Assembly (NCBI GenBank): GCA_001724265.1
Contig: MEDY01000316.1
Coordinates: 1-35,630, forward strand
Source: Rhizaria sp. SCN 62-66
Taxonomy: Eukaryota
Direction: 5' to 3'
DNA: 35,630 nt
A program made the position numbers and the translations under genes. Every line of letters starts with the position of its first letter. Position 1 is the stretch's first letter. This document shows positions 21,452-32,230 of the stretch, piece by piece. The notes under the pieces were generated by a model. The model worked only from the letters and a program-made list of their open reading frames with translations, made no database searches and was not told the origin of the DNA.

Positions 21452-22813
21452 ATGAGCTCCCCGTCTCCCAACGCAGGCGCTTCCGGCTGCCCTGTCAACC
21501 ACAAGGCCATGCCTCCTGGTACGTCTCTAACACGCTTTCGACAAAGTCCACTGACCTCTATTATCTTATTTACTCCCTTACACCGTCGCTGTTCTTTGTT
21601 TACATTCTGTACTCCCACTTAGCCGACGGCTGCCCCGTTGCGCATGGCGGCGCTGCCCCTTCCGCCGCCGCCGCCTCTGGCGCCGCGGCTGCCTACCCCG
21701 ACGCGTGCCCCATGTCCAGCAACTCCTCCGCTGTGCTCATGGCTGCCGCTTCCGCCACCGCGGCCTCCGTTGCCGCCCAGCAGCAGAAGCAGCAGGCCCA
21801 GGCTCAGCAGCAGCAGGCTCAGCAACAGGGTTTGCCTCCTCGTGAGTTCCTCCCCGGCGCGCCGACGTTCCCCGTCGCGTACCGCGTGCGCGAGGAGACC
21901 GGCACGGGCGTTGTCGGTGACGTGTTCCCGGACTCGCGCCCCATCGCCGGCCAGCGCCGCCCGCTCTCGACGCTCCCCTCTCGCTCAATCATCCCCAAGG
22001 CCTTCCCGGCCCCCGCCGCCGCCGACGCCGGCGCTAAGCCCGCGCCCGCGCCCGGGGCGCTGCCCGCGACGGCCAGCAACGCTGTCGTACCCGCCGAGCT
22101 TGCGCCCGCCAAGGTCGGGTCGATCGCGCTCACTGGCGCGGCCAATAGCAACAGCAGCAGTGACCCTGCGGCGCTCGTGTGCACCAGCGACGCCATTGGT
22201 GGCGACGCGGTACGTCGAACTTACACTCGATGTTTATCCACCAAATGATTGCCATTTATGGTAATAATGTAATGACGAAATGATATCTTGCGAGTGCGCA
22301 CCCATCTTAACATTGATATTCCGCGTCTCATTTTCATCGACTTATGATTATTTGTTTTCTTAGACTGAGGAGACTTGGACGTTCCCTTCGCAGCAGCGCT
22401 TCTACAACGCGATGAAGAAGAAGGGCTGGAACCCGCGCGAGGAGGACCTGCCGTACATCGTCTCCATTCATAACACCATCAACGAGCAATGCTGGCGCAA
22501 GGTCATGGCCTTCGAGGCACTCCACGCAGACTCGTGCGCAACGCCGAAACTGCTCCGTTTCCAGGGCTTGCCGACCGAGTACTCGCTCAAGGCGCGGTTT
22601 AAGTCGTGGATGGGGTACGTGCTGCCATTCGACCGGCACGACTGGACGGTGGATCGCTGCGGCAAACACGTGCGGTACATCATCGACTTCTACAACGGGC
22701 CCGACGACCCGACGCGCCCGGCCACCGTGTACCTCGACGTGCGGCCCGCGCCCACGCTCGGCGGCGTCGTCGACCGCGCGCGCATGTGGTGGAAGAACCT
22801 CTTCACCATCTGA
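21452..22813 (+). CDS. HCCS: Holocytochrome c synthase (cytochrome c/c1 heme lyase, System III), 367 aa; exons 21452-21518, 21623-22209, 22364-22813
   Basis: N-terminal heme-regulatory CP motifs (GCPVNH, GCPVAH, ACPM). Conserved blocks WTFPSQQRFYNAMKKKGW, IVSIHNTINEQCW (heme-ligand His), PFDRHDWTVDRCGKHVRYIIDFY and YLDVRPA. Stop is TGA. Confidence 0.95.
21519..21622 (+). other. HCCS intron 1 (104 nt, phase 1)
   Basis: CCTG|GTACGT...CCCACTTAG|CCGAC. Pyrimidine-rich. Removal restores the frame. Confidence 0.88.
22210..22363 (+). other. HCCS intron 2 (154 nt, phase 0)
   Basis: GACGCG|GTACGT...TTTTCTTAG|ACTGAG. Removal joins exon 2 to the conserved W-x-F-P-S block. Confidence 0.92.
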
Positions 22814-23293
22814 GTGAGCTATGATACGGGGAAAACACAGCAGTGCGCATGTTTAGGTGTGCGCGCGTGCGTTAGTATTTAAGTTAGTTTGGGTGCTCGG
22901 AGTGGAGCGGCAGGTGACAGCTGCTGTGAGCAGGAGGGCCAAGAATGATATGAGATTGATGAGCTGTGACCGTCATACAACATTTAACATATTGATACGA
23001 ATGTATTTATTGGTATTTCCTATTCATTCCTTTTTGTACTTTGTAAGCTTGTGATAGACGCTCTGCAACCACACTTGAAATTTATACAACATGCACTGCG
23101 TGCGCCGACGCAAATCTTGGCTACTTTATCACGATAACACACAGTCACATCACTTTTAAGACGCATATTTTCTCTTCGCGACATTTATGCGCGTTTATTT
23201 TCATCTGGTTTCTGTAGTTAATCTTAGAACTCCTATTGTAGCTCTGGAGAGACGTTCGGCAAATCCCCGTTCGATCAGACGGGAGCTTTCCCA

Positions 23294-26200
23294 ATGCTCA
23301 ATGCCTCTTCCACCATGCAACGTCGCGTGACACCAGCCGCGCTGCTCATCTTCTTTTTTGCATGCACAGCACTGCCCCATGTTGCCTTTGCGCATCTTGA
23401 GTCTGTGGCCACGCCCACTCTTGCTGTCCCAGCTGGAGCTGAGCCCGGTGAGCCTCCAACTCTATCGCTGTCAGAGCCCTCGCTGCTGCCACTCGAGCTC
23501 GCTGCCCTGCCTGAGCTCCCCACCGCCTCCGCAGGCACCAGCATGGCGACATCGCTCCGCTCCCACCTCCTCGCCGAGTCCCGCGCTCTCCGCGTGCCCG
23601 CCATCGCGTTCTTTCCCCCCGACCGTGCGAGCTCTGGCAAGGCCTCATCTAGCACTGACACCGCTTCGAGTCACAGCGACAAGGCCGCAGAGGCGCCGCT
23701 GTGGGACCTGTTGCCGCTGCTTGCGCGCGGAGGAGCCCCTGGCGCCGCGGAGGCCGAGCCAGTACCCGTGGTTGTGTTGGCCGGCAGTGCAGTGCATAGG
23801 CTGCCCGCCGTCGCCGCTGTCACGCCGAAGCTGCAGCGCCCCAGCTCGAACTCTGACGCCGATGCTGACTCGGACTCGGACTCTGGCGCCGACGCTAGCA
23901 AAGTGCGCTCTGATAATGGAGGCAGTGCGCACGTAGTCGCGCCGTCAGCAGACGCTGTGTTTGCGGCCAAGACACTCAACGCTGTCGCAACAGCGACACG
24001 GTCACACATCTTAGCGGCTCTGAAGAGCAAGGACGCGTTTAATGATGCGAATGATTACGATAACACAGCGAACATTGCAGCACAAACCGAGAACGCCGTG
24101 CGTCGTTACGTTCTTGCTTCCCCACTCTGCCGCGCTCCACTCTCAGCCACAAACATAAACACAAACACAAACACAGCCCCAGGCACAGGGGCGGATGTGG
24201 ATGCAGACGTGGACGTCGCGTTGGATCCCGCTGCGGTTGCGCTCTCCGCAGCGCTGGCGCGTCCGGACCCCTTATCGCCGCGCGCGGTTGCCGCAGCGCT
24301 TGTTCTGCTACACTCCTAGAAGTCAGGCCGCGCCGACTCGAAGTCAAGCCGCGCGCAACGGTGTGCGCACGCCGTGTCTGCGGCAGCGACGGCGCTGTTC
24401 CAGCTCCGGTGCGCCGACGCCGCGGCCGCCGCTCTACTCACAGTCACCTCCACCAGCCGTGTTTCTGGAGACAGTGTTTCCGTCCTGGCTGCGGTGCTGC
24501 GCGAGGGCAGCTCGAACGCCGGCACTGGCACGGTCACCGCACGCGCGCTCGCACTTGCCGCGGCCGCCGCGCTGCCGCCGCTGTCCCCGTGCACCCTTGC
24601 TTTCACCGGCACATACGCTGACGCCGACTCTGAGACTGCAGAGTCTCACCCTGATTCCGAATCAGAGACCGGGACCGGCGGCAGTGACGCTCTCTGCTTT
24701 CTGTCCGCGCCCACGCTCTCCACCGCGGTGCGCACGCTCCTGTGCCCAGCGGCGCGGCTGCGGCACGTGGAGGCCTCGGTCGCGGGCCGCGTACTGCGCT
24801 TCCGCGACGGCGCCGCGCCGCTGCGCCCGCTCACTCTCGCGGACGCCTTCGTCGCCACTGCCGACTCTGCCTAGTTAAGCACCGCGCAGTCTAGCGCGCA
24901 GCACTTTGCCGGTGAGGCGGAGGCGCAGGCTGCGGCCGCGGCAGCCACGTCACAGCTGTACCAGCGCCACGCCTGGGCCCAGGATGTTCTTTACGCACGC
25001 TCACAGCCGCAACCGCAGTCATCCCCGAGTGTCCGCGGCGCGAGCAGTGCGCCCAACGGCGACATCGGCGCGGTCGCCGCGGTGCGCAGTGAACGCAACG
25101 GGCGGCTGTGGATGCAGCGCGACTTGCACAGCGTTCCAGCCGCGGCCGCCATGGTCGCCACAGGCGCCGTCGCAGCCGGCGCTGCGGGCGCAACGCAGTC
25201 TCCGGCGGCACGGCCCGCAGCGACTGCAAGTGCCGGTATGGACAGTGTGCCCGCGGACAAGGACGGCGGAGGAACTGTGCGCGGTGTCGCTTTTGGCGCT
25301 TTGCCGGACTGGGAGGCGTGTTTGATTGCGCGGCAGCGCGAGCGTGTCGGCGCGCCTTGGCGGCCCCCGTCCTCTCTTGCACTGTATTCACACCAGCAGC
25401 AACAACAGCTGCAAGAGAGTCAATACTGCGCTGCACCTTGTGTCTATGTCTCTGCCTCGGGTGCGGTGGGCCCCATTGCAGCGCTGGCGGCTGCGGCTGA
25501 CTTGTTTGCGCCCCGTTGCTGGTCGCATCATTTCCTCGCTGCCTCATATCCTCCAATTTTGACAGCGAAACGCGCCGTGAACACCAAATTGGCCCGCAGC
25601 ACAACTGCAGCGCACAACAACGACGGTGTATCACAGTACGACGAGAGCTCTGGCCCGTGGCTTTACGTCCACACCTCCGTCCCGTCTCTTCCGGCCTCTC
25701 TGCGCGCCCCCCTGCTCCCGCCGCAGCGCCTCGCTATCTCGCTGGCCGACGCCAACGCCGCGGCGCAGCTCCCCGGCGCGCCCGCCGCGCTGGCGACCGC
25801 GCTGGCTGGCGGATCGGGGCTGGACTGGCTGTGCGCCGGGCTGGGCCGCCAGCAGCACGGGTATGCCGCGGCGGCCACGCAGGCGAACGTGTGGGTCGGC
25901 GGCCGCGGCGTCACCACGCACTTGCACACCGACGCGTTTCACAACCTCTACGCGCAGATCGCGGGCCGCAAGCGGTTTGTGTTGTTTCCGCCGCGCAGTA
26001 TTATCACCGCGTCCGCCGCCGCGGCCCGCAAGGCAGCGCGCCGCCGTCCCGCTCGGGACAGCAATAACAGTAGCAGTAGCAGCACGAACGCCGGCGCTGC
26101 TGCGACAACTGCGGTGCCGTGGAGCGGCGACGGGGGCGGCTATGGCGGGCGTTGGCTGCATTCGCATTCGCGCTTGCATCCGCACGTGCACCAGAGCACT

Positions 26201-28290
26201 GTCGAAGGTACGGAAGAGCTGATGCACGGCTATTTAGTCTGGGCTGCGGCGCGTGAAAGTGCAAAAACCGCGCGCAATGCGCGCCATGAGCAAGCGAGTG
26301 ACCGTGAGCGGACTGGGGGGCAGTGGGCGTCGTTTGACCCTGTCACCGGCCTAGCGCTGGCGGCGCGCTCTCCCGGCTCGGTGACTATGCCCCCAGTTTG
26401 GGCCTACGTGCGCTGGCTCGAGGCCCGGCACTCTACTCACAGTTACAGTCAGAGTCGCAATGCCCACAGTCATGTTAACCGAGACTCAGTTAGCGCATTT
26501 GCCAACCACAGCTCGCCTGTTGCGGCCGCCGCCTTTGCGCCGGCGCCGAGTGTGCCACGCGCGTGCCAGCTGCCTTGCCCACTCTCTTTCAGACCCACCG
26601 ACAAGGACAGCAAGAGCACTGCGACAAAGATGACGAAGGAGTCTGTGGCGGCGCACTGCCGCGCGTGGTGCGCGATTGCAGGCTCCGGCCACTGGCCCTA
26701 CTGGCGCAAGGCAATCACTGACACCGGCGCGCGCGCTGCCACCGAAGCCGCCGCCCGCGCCAGTCGACGCAACAGCAATACCAACGGCACCGCTGGCGCG
26801 CACAGCAACACTGACTCTGTCTCTGTCGGCGGCGCTGACTCGAGCGACGACACTGCGGAAGACTACGGTGCCGACGACGCCGCCGTGCCCGGGTGGCGGC
26901 CGCTCGTGGTGACTCTGTCCCCCGGTGACGTGCTATATCTCCCGCCGCTGTGGGCCCACCACGTCACCGCGATCGGCGCCCAGCCGCAAATCGCGGACAC
27001 TGTGGCGGACACGGCGCTGCACCGGCACCGCGCTGAGGCGACGGTTGACGCCGCGGTGAATGCGGGCGCGGTGAGTGCGAGTGTGAATCTGTGGTGCCCG
27101 TCTGAGCTGCACAGGCTGGGCACAATCCTCCAGAGCTCCGTGTCAAAACCCTTTGAAGTACGTCTATAACATCGATATTTCGTATCAAACAAAGGTATTA
27201 TGAACGCCATATAGCTATCTCTGTTTTATTAAAGTTATCATACTAATCATTGTTCTGGTTTCTATTGGAAATTCTCACTTGTTCCCAGCCCGAGTGGCCG
27301 CCGCTGCTGCGCGTCGCGCTGACGCGAGTCTGGCTTTCTCTGTTGCTGCCGCTTCATTTCGGCGCCACGAGGCCCGTGCTTGGCGAGCTGCTACTAGCGC
27401 GCCACACTGACGCAGTGCACGAACACTTCTCACTGCACCACGCGCGCTACAACGTGCAACACCCGCTTCCGCGCAAAACCAAGAGCAAGAGCAGCAGTAG
27501 GGCCAACAAGAAAAGTGAAGACGAGACCGGCGTTGCTGGTGTTGCTGCGTCTGCGCGCGCGACCGGCGGTCCGGCGCCGGTGCTGGATGCCATCTACACC
27601 GAGGAGCGCGCGCTGGCGCTGCTGGCGCACGTGGCGCGGCTGCTGCCCGGCGACCGCGACTGGAACAGGGGCAAGAGTCAGGAGAAGAAGCAAAGCAAGA
27701 ACAAAGATGCGACTAGGCCTGATGTTGCCGTGCTGGCCGGTGCGCAGCGTAGCCTACAGCAGCAGACCCGCGCGTTTGTGCACTCAAGCCCTTACTACTC
27801 CAAACTGTTCAGCAACAGCGACACGTCTGAAGCAGCATCTGTCACCAAGGACAACAGCGAAGCGGCGTCGCAGTTACACCGCGCACCGGGCGCGCCCGTG
27901 GCGAACGACCCTTCCCAGCCGTTCCACTTCGACATCCCGGCGCCGGAGCCGACGCAGCTGCTGGCGACGGCGTGCGCGGCGCCCTCGGCCGACGCCGCGC
28001 TGGCCGCGCTGCCGTTCGTGGCCGACTTCGCGGAACGCATGGGCATGCGTGCGGCGGCCATGGAGGCCGCGCAGGTCGTGGCGGACCACCCCGAGGGAAC
28101 AAACCCGGCCGCGCCTGCTCTGGGGCTCGCGGAGAAGGAGACAGCGCTACTGGACTATGTCGAGCGCGTGCTGATGGAGGCGCTGGGGGCGGAGTATGCG
28201 CACTTGTATGAGCCGCTGGTGCTGGGGTGCTTCTACGGGGATTTGCTCAAGGCTCATGCGCGGTTGCATGCGATTGAGGGGCTTGTGTGA
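23294..28290 (+). CDS. JmjC-domain (cupin-like; FIH/JMJD5/HSPBAP1-type) 2-oxoglutarate/Fe(II) oxygenase with a putative signal peptide; ~1620 codons with two in-frame TAGs; exons 23294-27157 and 27289-28290
   Basis: Catalytic blocks NVWVGGRGVTTHLHTDAFHNLYAQIAGRKRFVLFPP (HxD, 2OG-binding Lys) and LSPGDVLYLPPLWAHHV...SASVNLW (distal His). ORFs 23294-24319, 24374-24874 and 25082-27169 share one frame, broken only by TAG 24317-24319 and TAG 24872-24874. The N-terminus is hydrophobic (ALLIFFFACTALPHVAFA). An alternative start CCACC-ATG lies at 23315. It could be a recent pseudogene. Confidence 0.8.
27158..27288 (+). other. JmjC gene intron (131 nt, phase 0)
   Basis: TTTGAA|GTACGT...TACTAAT...GTTCCCAG|CCCGAG. 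AT-rich with a branch-point-like CTAAT. Removal joins KPFE to PEWPP. Confidence 0.9.
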
Positions 28291-28817
28291 TTATGCACAG
28301 AGAATCCAATTCCCACTTTGAAAGTGGTACCGAGATCTGAGCCATAGTTCATCCTGAAGACTCTCGCTTAAAGTTGAGACCTGCTCCCATCCAAACTGAA
28401 ATCGCCTGCATTGGCTGGCCAGATGCGAGCGGGTGCGTTATTAAAGTTGAAATTAGTTTAAAATCTATCTATTATAGTCATTAACCAATTATCTGGACAA
28501 ATAAATACGTTTTTCATCTACTTTAACTCAACATTCCGGTACTGCAGGTTACGAAAGTGATTTGTGGTGGGATGCCTACTCCGGTTGAACGCCAGCAGTG
28601 AAGCTTTTGCTACGTCATTTTTGCCCTGAATGGTCGTCGGTTGATGTTCGCATTCCGACAATCGGTCTCCTTTGCTTGCAAAAGAGCCCGTATCAATTTA
28701 CCTTTGGCCTCTTGTTTTCACAAAGCCTTCTCTATTCCCTCCACTTCGTCCCGCTCCACCATCCACCACAATCAATTGTCTCGTCATCGCCCACATGCAT
28801 TCAAACGCAGCCCCCCA

Positions 28818-29972
28818 ATGAGCTGTTCGTCTCCTCTCGACAGCAGCTGTCTCTCCCCGCTTCCCACCGATCTCCCGGTGATTGCGGTCTACGACTTCGA
28901 CTCGACGATCTTCTCCCAGGATGTCGACTCCGTCGCCCTCGAGATGCACGAGGAACTTATCGGCCCCCTCAGCCAGAAGAATTACCCGGTGTGGACCGAC
29001 TACATGTCCGCCTGCCTCGCCAATCTCCACACCGCGGGCGTCACCCCCGAGGCGCTGCAGCAGCGTCTGCGCAACTACCCGCTGAACCCTGGCATGGCGG
29101 CCACCATCCGCGCCTTCGCCGCCGCGGGCGTCCCGCAGTTCATTCTCTCCGACGCCAACACGCTGCTCATCTCGGCCGTGCTCGCGATCCACGGGCTCAA
29201 GCGCTTCTTCCCCGACGCGCACGTGCTGACGAACCACGCCGTGGTGGACCGCGAGACGGGCCTCATCACGCTGCATTACCACCACCGCAACGTCTGGTCC
29301 TCGCGCTCCCCCAAGAACATGTGCAAGGGCGTCGGCATCCTCTCCCTCTGGTCGCGCATCGCCTCGGGCGCGCTCCCGGTCCCGGCCCCGCGCGCCGCCG
29401 CGCCCAGCGAGGATCGCGACACCGAGCCCTTCGACATGCGCGCCCCCAGGGCCTTTGCTCCCGGCACGTCGCTGATCGACGCCGCCAAGTTCGCCGGGTA
29501 CCAGGGCCACACGGCCTACTTCGGCGACGGCGGCAACGACTTCCTGCCCTGCGCGCAGCTTGGCCCGCGCGACTGGGTGTGTGCGCGCCGCGGTTATGTG
29601 CTCGAGGAATGGATTGACCACGGTCTCGGCCGCGCCCCATCTCCCTACCAGCGCACCGAGGAGGAAATCGCGGCCGGCGCGCCTGAGTGGCCCCGCGGCA
29701 CATGCGCCGCTGTCGCCGCGCGCGTCATGCGCTGGGGCTCGTACACCGACTCCACGGGGGCGGAGCTGCGCGCGATCGTCGAGGAGGTCGTCCGGGAGAC
29801 CCGCAGCGGCGCGGCCGTCTGGTGGGACGGTCTGGCCCCCGTCGGGCTTTCGGCGGCGACGGCGACCGTGGTGCCCGCGGTCGCCGAGGCCGTCGCACAG
29901 GCGGAGCTGGCCGCGACCGCTATCGACGCCAACATTGCGGAGGCGCACCCCGCCGCCAAGGCGCAGGTGTAA
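28818..29972 (+). CDS. HAD-superfamily phosphatase of the PHOSPHO1/PHOSPHO2 type (pyridoxal-phosphate/phosphoethanolamine phosphatase-like), 384 aa
   Basis: Motif I VYDFDSTI, motif II ILSDAN, VLTN, motif III NMCKG, motif IV YFGDGGNDFLPC, and ARRGYVL. The first in-frame ATG in GC-rich context is at 28818. The gene ends TAA-TGA. Confidence 0.9.
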   Translation: MSCSSPLDSSCLSPLPTDLPVIAVYDFDSTIFSQDVDSVALEMHEELIGPLSQKNYPVWTDYMSACLANLHTAGVTPEALQQRLRNYPLNPGMAATIRAFAAAGVPQFILSDANTLLISAVLAIHGLKRFFPDAHVLTNHAVVDRETGLITLHYHHRNVWSSRSPKNMCKGVGILSLWSRIASGALPVPAPRAAAPSEDRDTEPFDMRAPRAFAPGTSLIDAAKFAGYQGHTAYFGDGGNDFLPCAQLGPRDWVCARRGYVLEEWIDHGLGRAPSPYQRTEEEIAAGAPEWPRGTCAAVAARVMRWGSYTDSTGAELRAIVEEVVRETRSGAAVWWDGLAPVGLSAATATVVPAVAEAVAQAELAATAIDANIAEAHPAAKAQV

Positions 29973-30590
29973 TGAGATCTCTCAACCCTTACAGTTAACA
30001 ACAAACGGCGCGCAACATGAGCTTTTTTATCCGAAGCATGTGATTGTGCGTTGTGTGTTCCTTGTCAGATCGGTGATCGTCGCCGTCTTTGTAGTAGTTG
30101 TTTCGTATAAGTGTGTCTGCTTGCTCCAATGATGTCCTAGCATCATCGTTGCATCTACCTCTTGTATGTCGTTTTGTCTTTGTCCAAGTTTTTCTCTCTT
30201 ATTCGTTTGTCTACGCTTATCATCACACTGCTTCGTCGGGTGCTCCTTTTAGATTCGATCGCTCTGCGTCGCTTTTCTTTCTTGCTAATATCGTTTATAA
30301 TGCTGTTTTTGTTGCAAAATACTATCTTCTTAACTCGTAACATAAGATTCAAAAACAAATCAAAAAAAAACAATGTCAAAAAAAGAATGAACTTCTTTGA
30401 ACAACAAGGTCTATTGTTGTTCCTATATGCTTCTCGCATCTCCAAACAAAACAGCTATCAGCTAACAATAAAACATGTCTCTTCGCTACTTCAACTTCTC
30501 TTCTCTATTTAGATCGCTCTTCAACTGCTTACTTTTACCTTCTTGCATTGTCTCAACTCTTGTCATACTGCAAACCACCAGCAAGTGACT

Positions 30591-31949
30591 TCACTCGTCG
30601 CGACCGTACTTGTAGTCGTCACCTGACTGACGCAGATTGCCGCCCTCGTGCGGCGCCTGACGCTGCGTGTCCTCTGTGCGGTTCTTCTTCTCCGCCCTCT
30701 CGCGCAACGCAGTGCTGTCGCGCGCCGCCCGCAGCAGCATCCTCAGCACCGCGTCATCAACCTCGCCCGCAGCAGCCGCCACACCGCCGACGGACGCGTC
30801 ACCCGTCATACCCGCACCGGCCGCTTTCACACTGGTGTTGTTGACGTGGGCGGTGCTCAGACGGCGGGCGCCGGTCATGGAGGCCATGTGTACCGGGCTC
30901 CGGCCGCGGCTGTCAAGTACCCTCGCATCAGCCCGCGCGCCCAGCAGCAGCGCCGTGATCGCGTAACTGCCCTGCGCGGCCGCATGGTGGAGCGCGGTCT
31001 CGCCGTCGCAGTCAGTGGCGTTCACGGCCGCGCCTGCGCCCGCCGCCAGCAGCGCCGCGGTGGCCTCGACGCTGTCCGCCAGCGCCGCGCGATGCAGCGC
31101 GGTGGCGCCAGCGGCGACGGCGTGCGCAGGAGCGCGCAAGCACGGGTCGGCGCGCGCGTCGAGCAGCATGCGCGTGCGCGGGATGCTATGTTTGATTCAA
31201 AGCAATGAAGCATGAGCGGGAATAACAACTTGAAGAGCAGTAATTCAACGGTAGATGCCGATCTAAAAAATGATGCAATTTTGCTCCAAAAGTGAAAGTA
31301 TAATATTACTTAATGTGAAAGGCTTTGAAACGTACGAGTTTTGTGCGAGTGCGATGAAGAGCGGAGGGCCAGTGCGGCCGTCGTCGTTGCTGTTGGGGTC
31401 CGCGCCGCGTTCAAGCAGCATGCGCACAGTGGCGTCTCCAGCCGATGACAGCGCAACCTCGAGCGGGCGACGACCGTGTTCGTCGCGTGCGTTGGCATCG
31501 GCACCGAGCGAAAGCAGCCGCGAGACAAGCTCAGGTTGATCAGTGGCCGCCGCTGCGTGCAGCGGGGTTTGTCCCGTGGCTGTGCGCGCAGACACTCTAG
31601 CGCCAGCTGCAAGCAGCGAGTTGGCAGCCGCGTCATGCGCGTTTGTGATAGCGATGTGCAGCGGACTCCACCCGTCTTCGTCTGCCCCGGCGTTAGGATT
31701 CGCACCCTGCGCGAGCAGTGAGTCCACAGCGAGAGTCTGACCTTCCTTCGCAGCACGGTATAGTGCGGTGTAACCGGATACATCAGGAAAATCAATTGAA
31801 AGGTTGGGCGCGCGCACCACAGACTGCTGATCGGGCGTCGCAGAGTGGGAGGCGGCATCCAGAATTGCCAACGCCGAGGTTGCATCCCGACGGTGAATTG
31901 CGGCTAAATACTCCTTGTGGAGCTCATTAATTCTCTTACCGTTGCTCAT
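30591..31949 (-). CDS. Ankyrin-repeat protein (~8 repeats), 402 aa; exons 31949-31336 and 31185-30591
   Basis: Repeated G-x-T/S-P/A-L-H-x-A...LL-x-x-GA-D/N units (GYTALYRAA, GWSPLHIA, GQTPLHAAA, GRRPLEVA, GATALHRAA, GETALHHAA, GRSPVHMA). Stop is TGA. Confidence 0.92.
31186..31335 (-). other. Ankyrin gene intron (150 nt, phase 2)
   Basis: AACTC|GTACGT...AAACATAG|CATCCCG. Removal completes an ankyrin repeat (PPLFIALAQNSIPRTRMLLDARADP). Confidence 0.88.
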
Positions 31950-32002
31950 CTTCTCGGGATCAAGTACTCTTAGTTGACTATATTAACTGTTAGCGGCTAG
32001 AT

Positions 32003-32016
32003 TATTGAGTTATTGA
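32003..32016 (-). promoter_or_regulatory. Candidate core-promoter/initiator motif TCAATAACTCAATA, copy 2
   Basis: Identical to 20822-20835. It lies about 54 nt upstream of the ankyrin gene ATG. Confidence 0.35.
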
Positions 32017-32230
32017 ACGTTCGTGTTGTGATGACTTGAAGGATCAACTTGAAGATGACGACTGTGAGCGGTCATAACAAAAAATCCAAACACAATCAAT
32101 GCGTCCTTAAAATAATTATAACTTGATATATGTTACAAACCTGCATCTTTTTATTCGTCAATATTTTGCTAGATAAATGAAAACTATGTAATTTGATCTT
32201 CTCGGCAGTGTACGCTCGCGCTGATACGTA

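Noticed and set aside
24791-24874. Possible 84-nt in-frame intron (GTACTG...CCTAG) that would remove the second JmjC TAG; similarly 23762-24319 for the first
   Set aside because: Both are GC-rich, unlike the seven AT-rich introns, and fall outside their size range. They would delete protein-like segments (VLRFRDGAAPL; PVVVLAGSAVHRLPAV). Disfavoured but not excluded without RNA data.
28641-28817. ORF-track N-terminal extensions from TTG/GTG starts (phosphatase 28641, PIF1 34600, JmjC exon 27250)
   Set aside because: These are bacterial-style start calls. The extensions lie in UTR-like or intronic sequence upstream of the plausible ATG or splice acceptor.
29973-30590. Short hydrophobic ORFs (30098-30340, 30155-30445, 30162-30512)
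   Set aside because: This is an AT-rich region between convergent 3' ends. Its composition is unlike the real exons and it has no motifs.
23294-31949. Functional cluster of an FIH-like hydroxylase with an ankyrin-repeat substrate
   Set aside because: Gene adjacency is weak evidence in eukaryotes. The genes are on opposite strands with a phosphatase between them, and the JmjC protein appears secretory.
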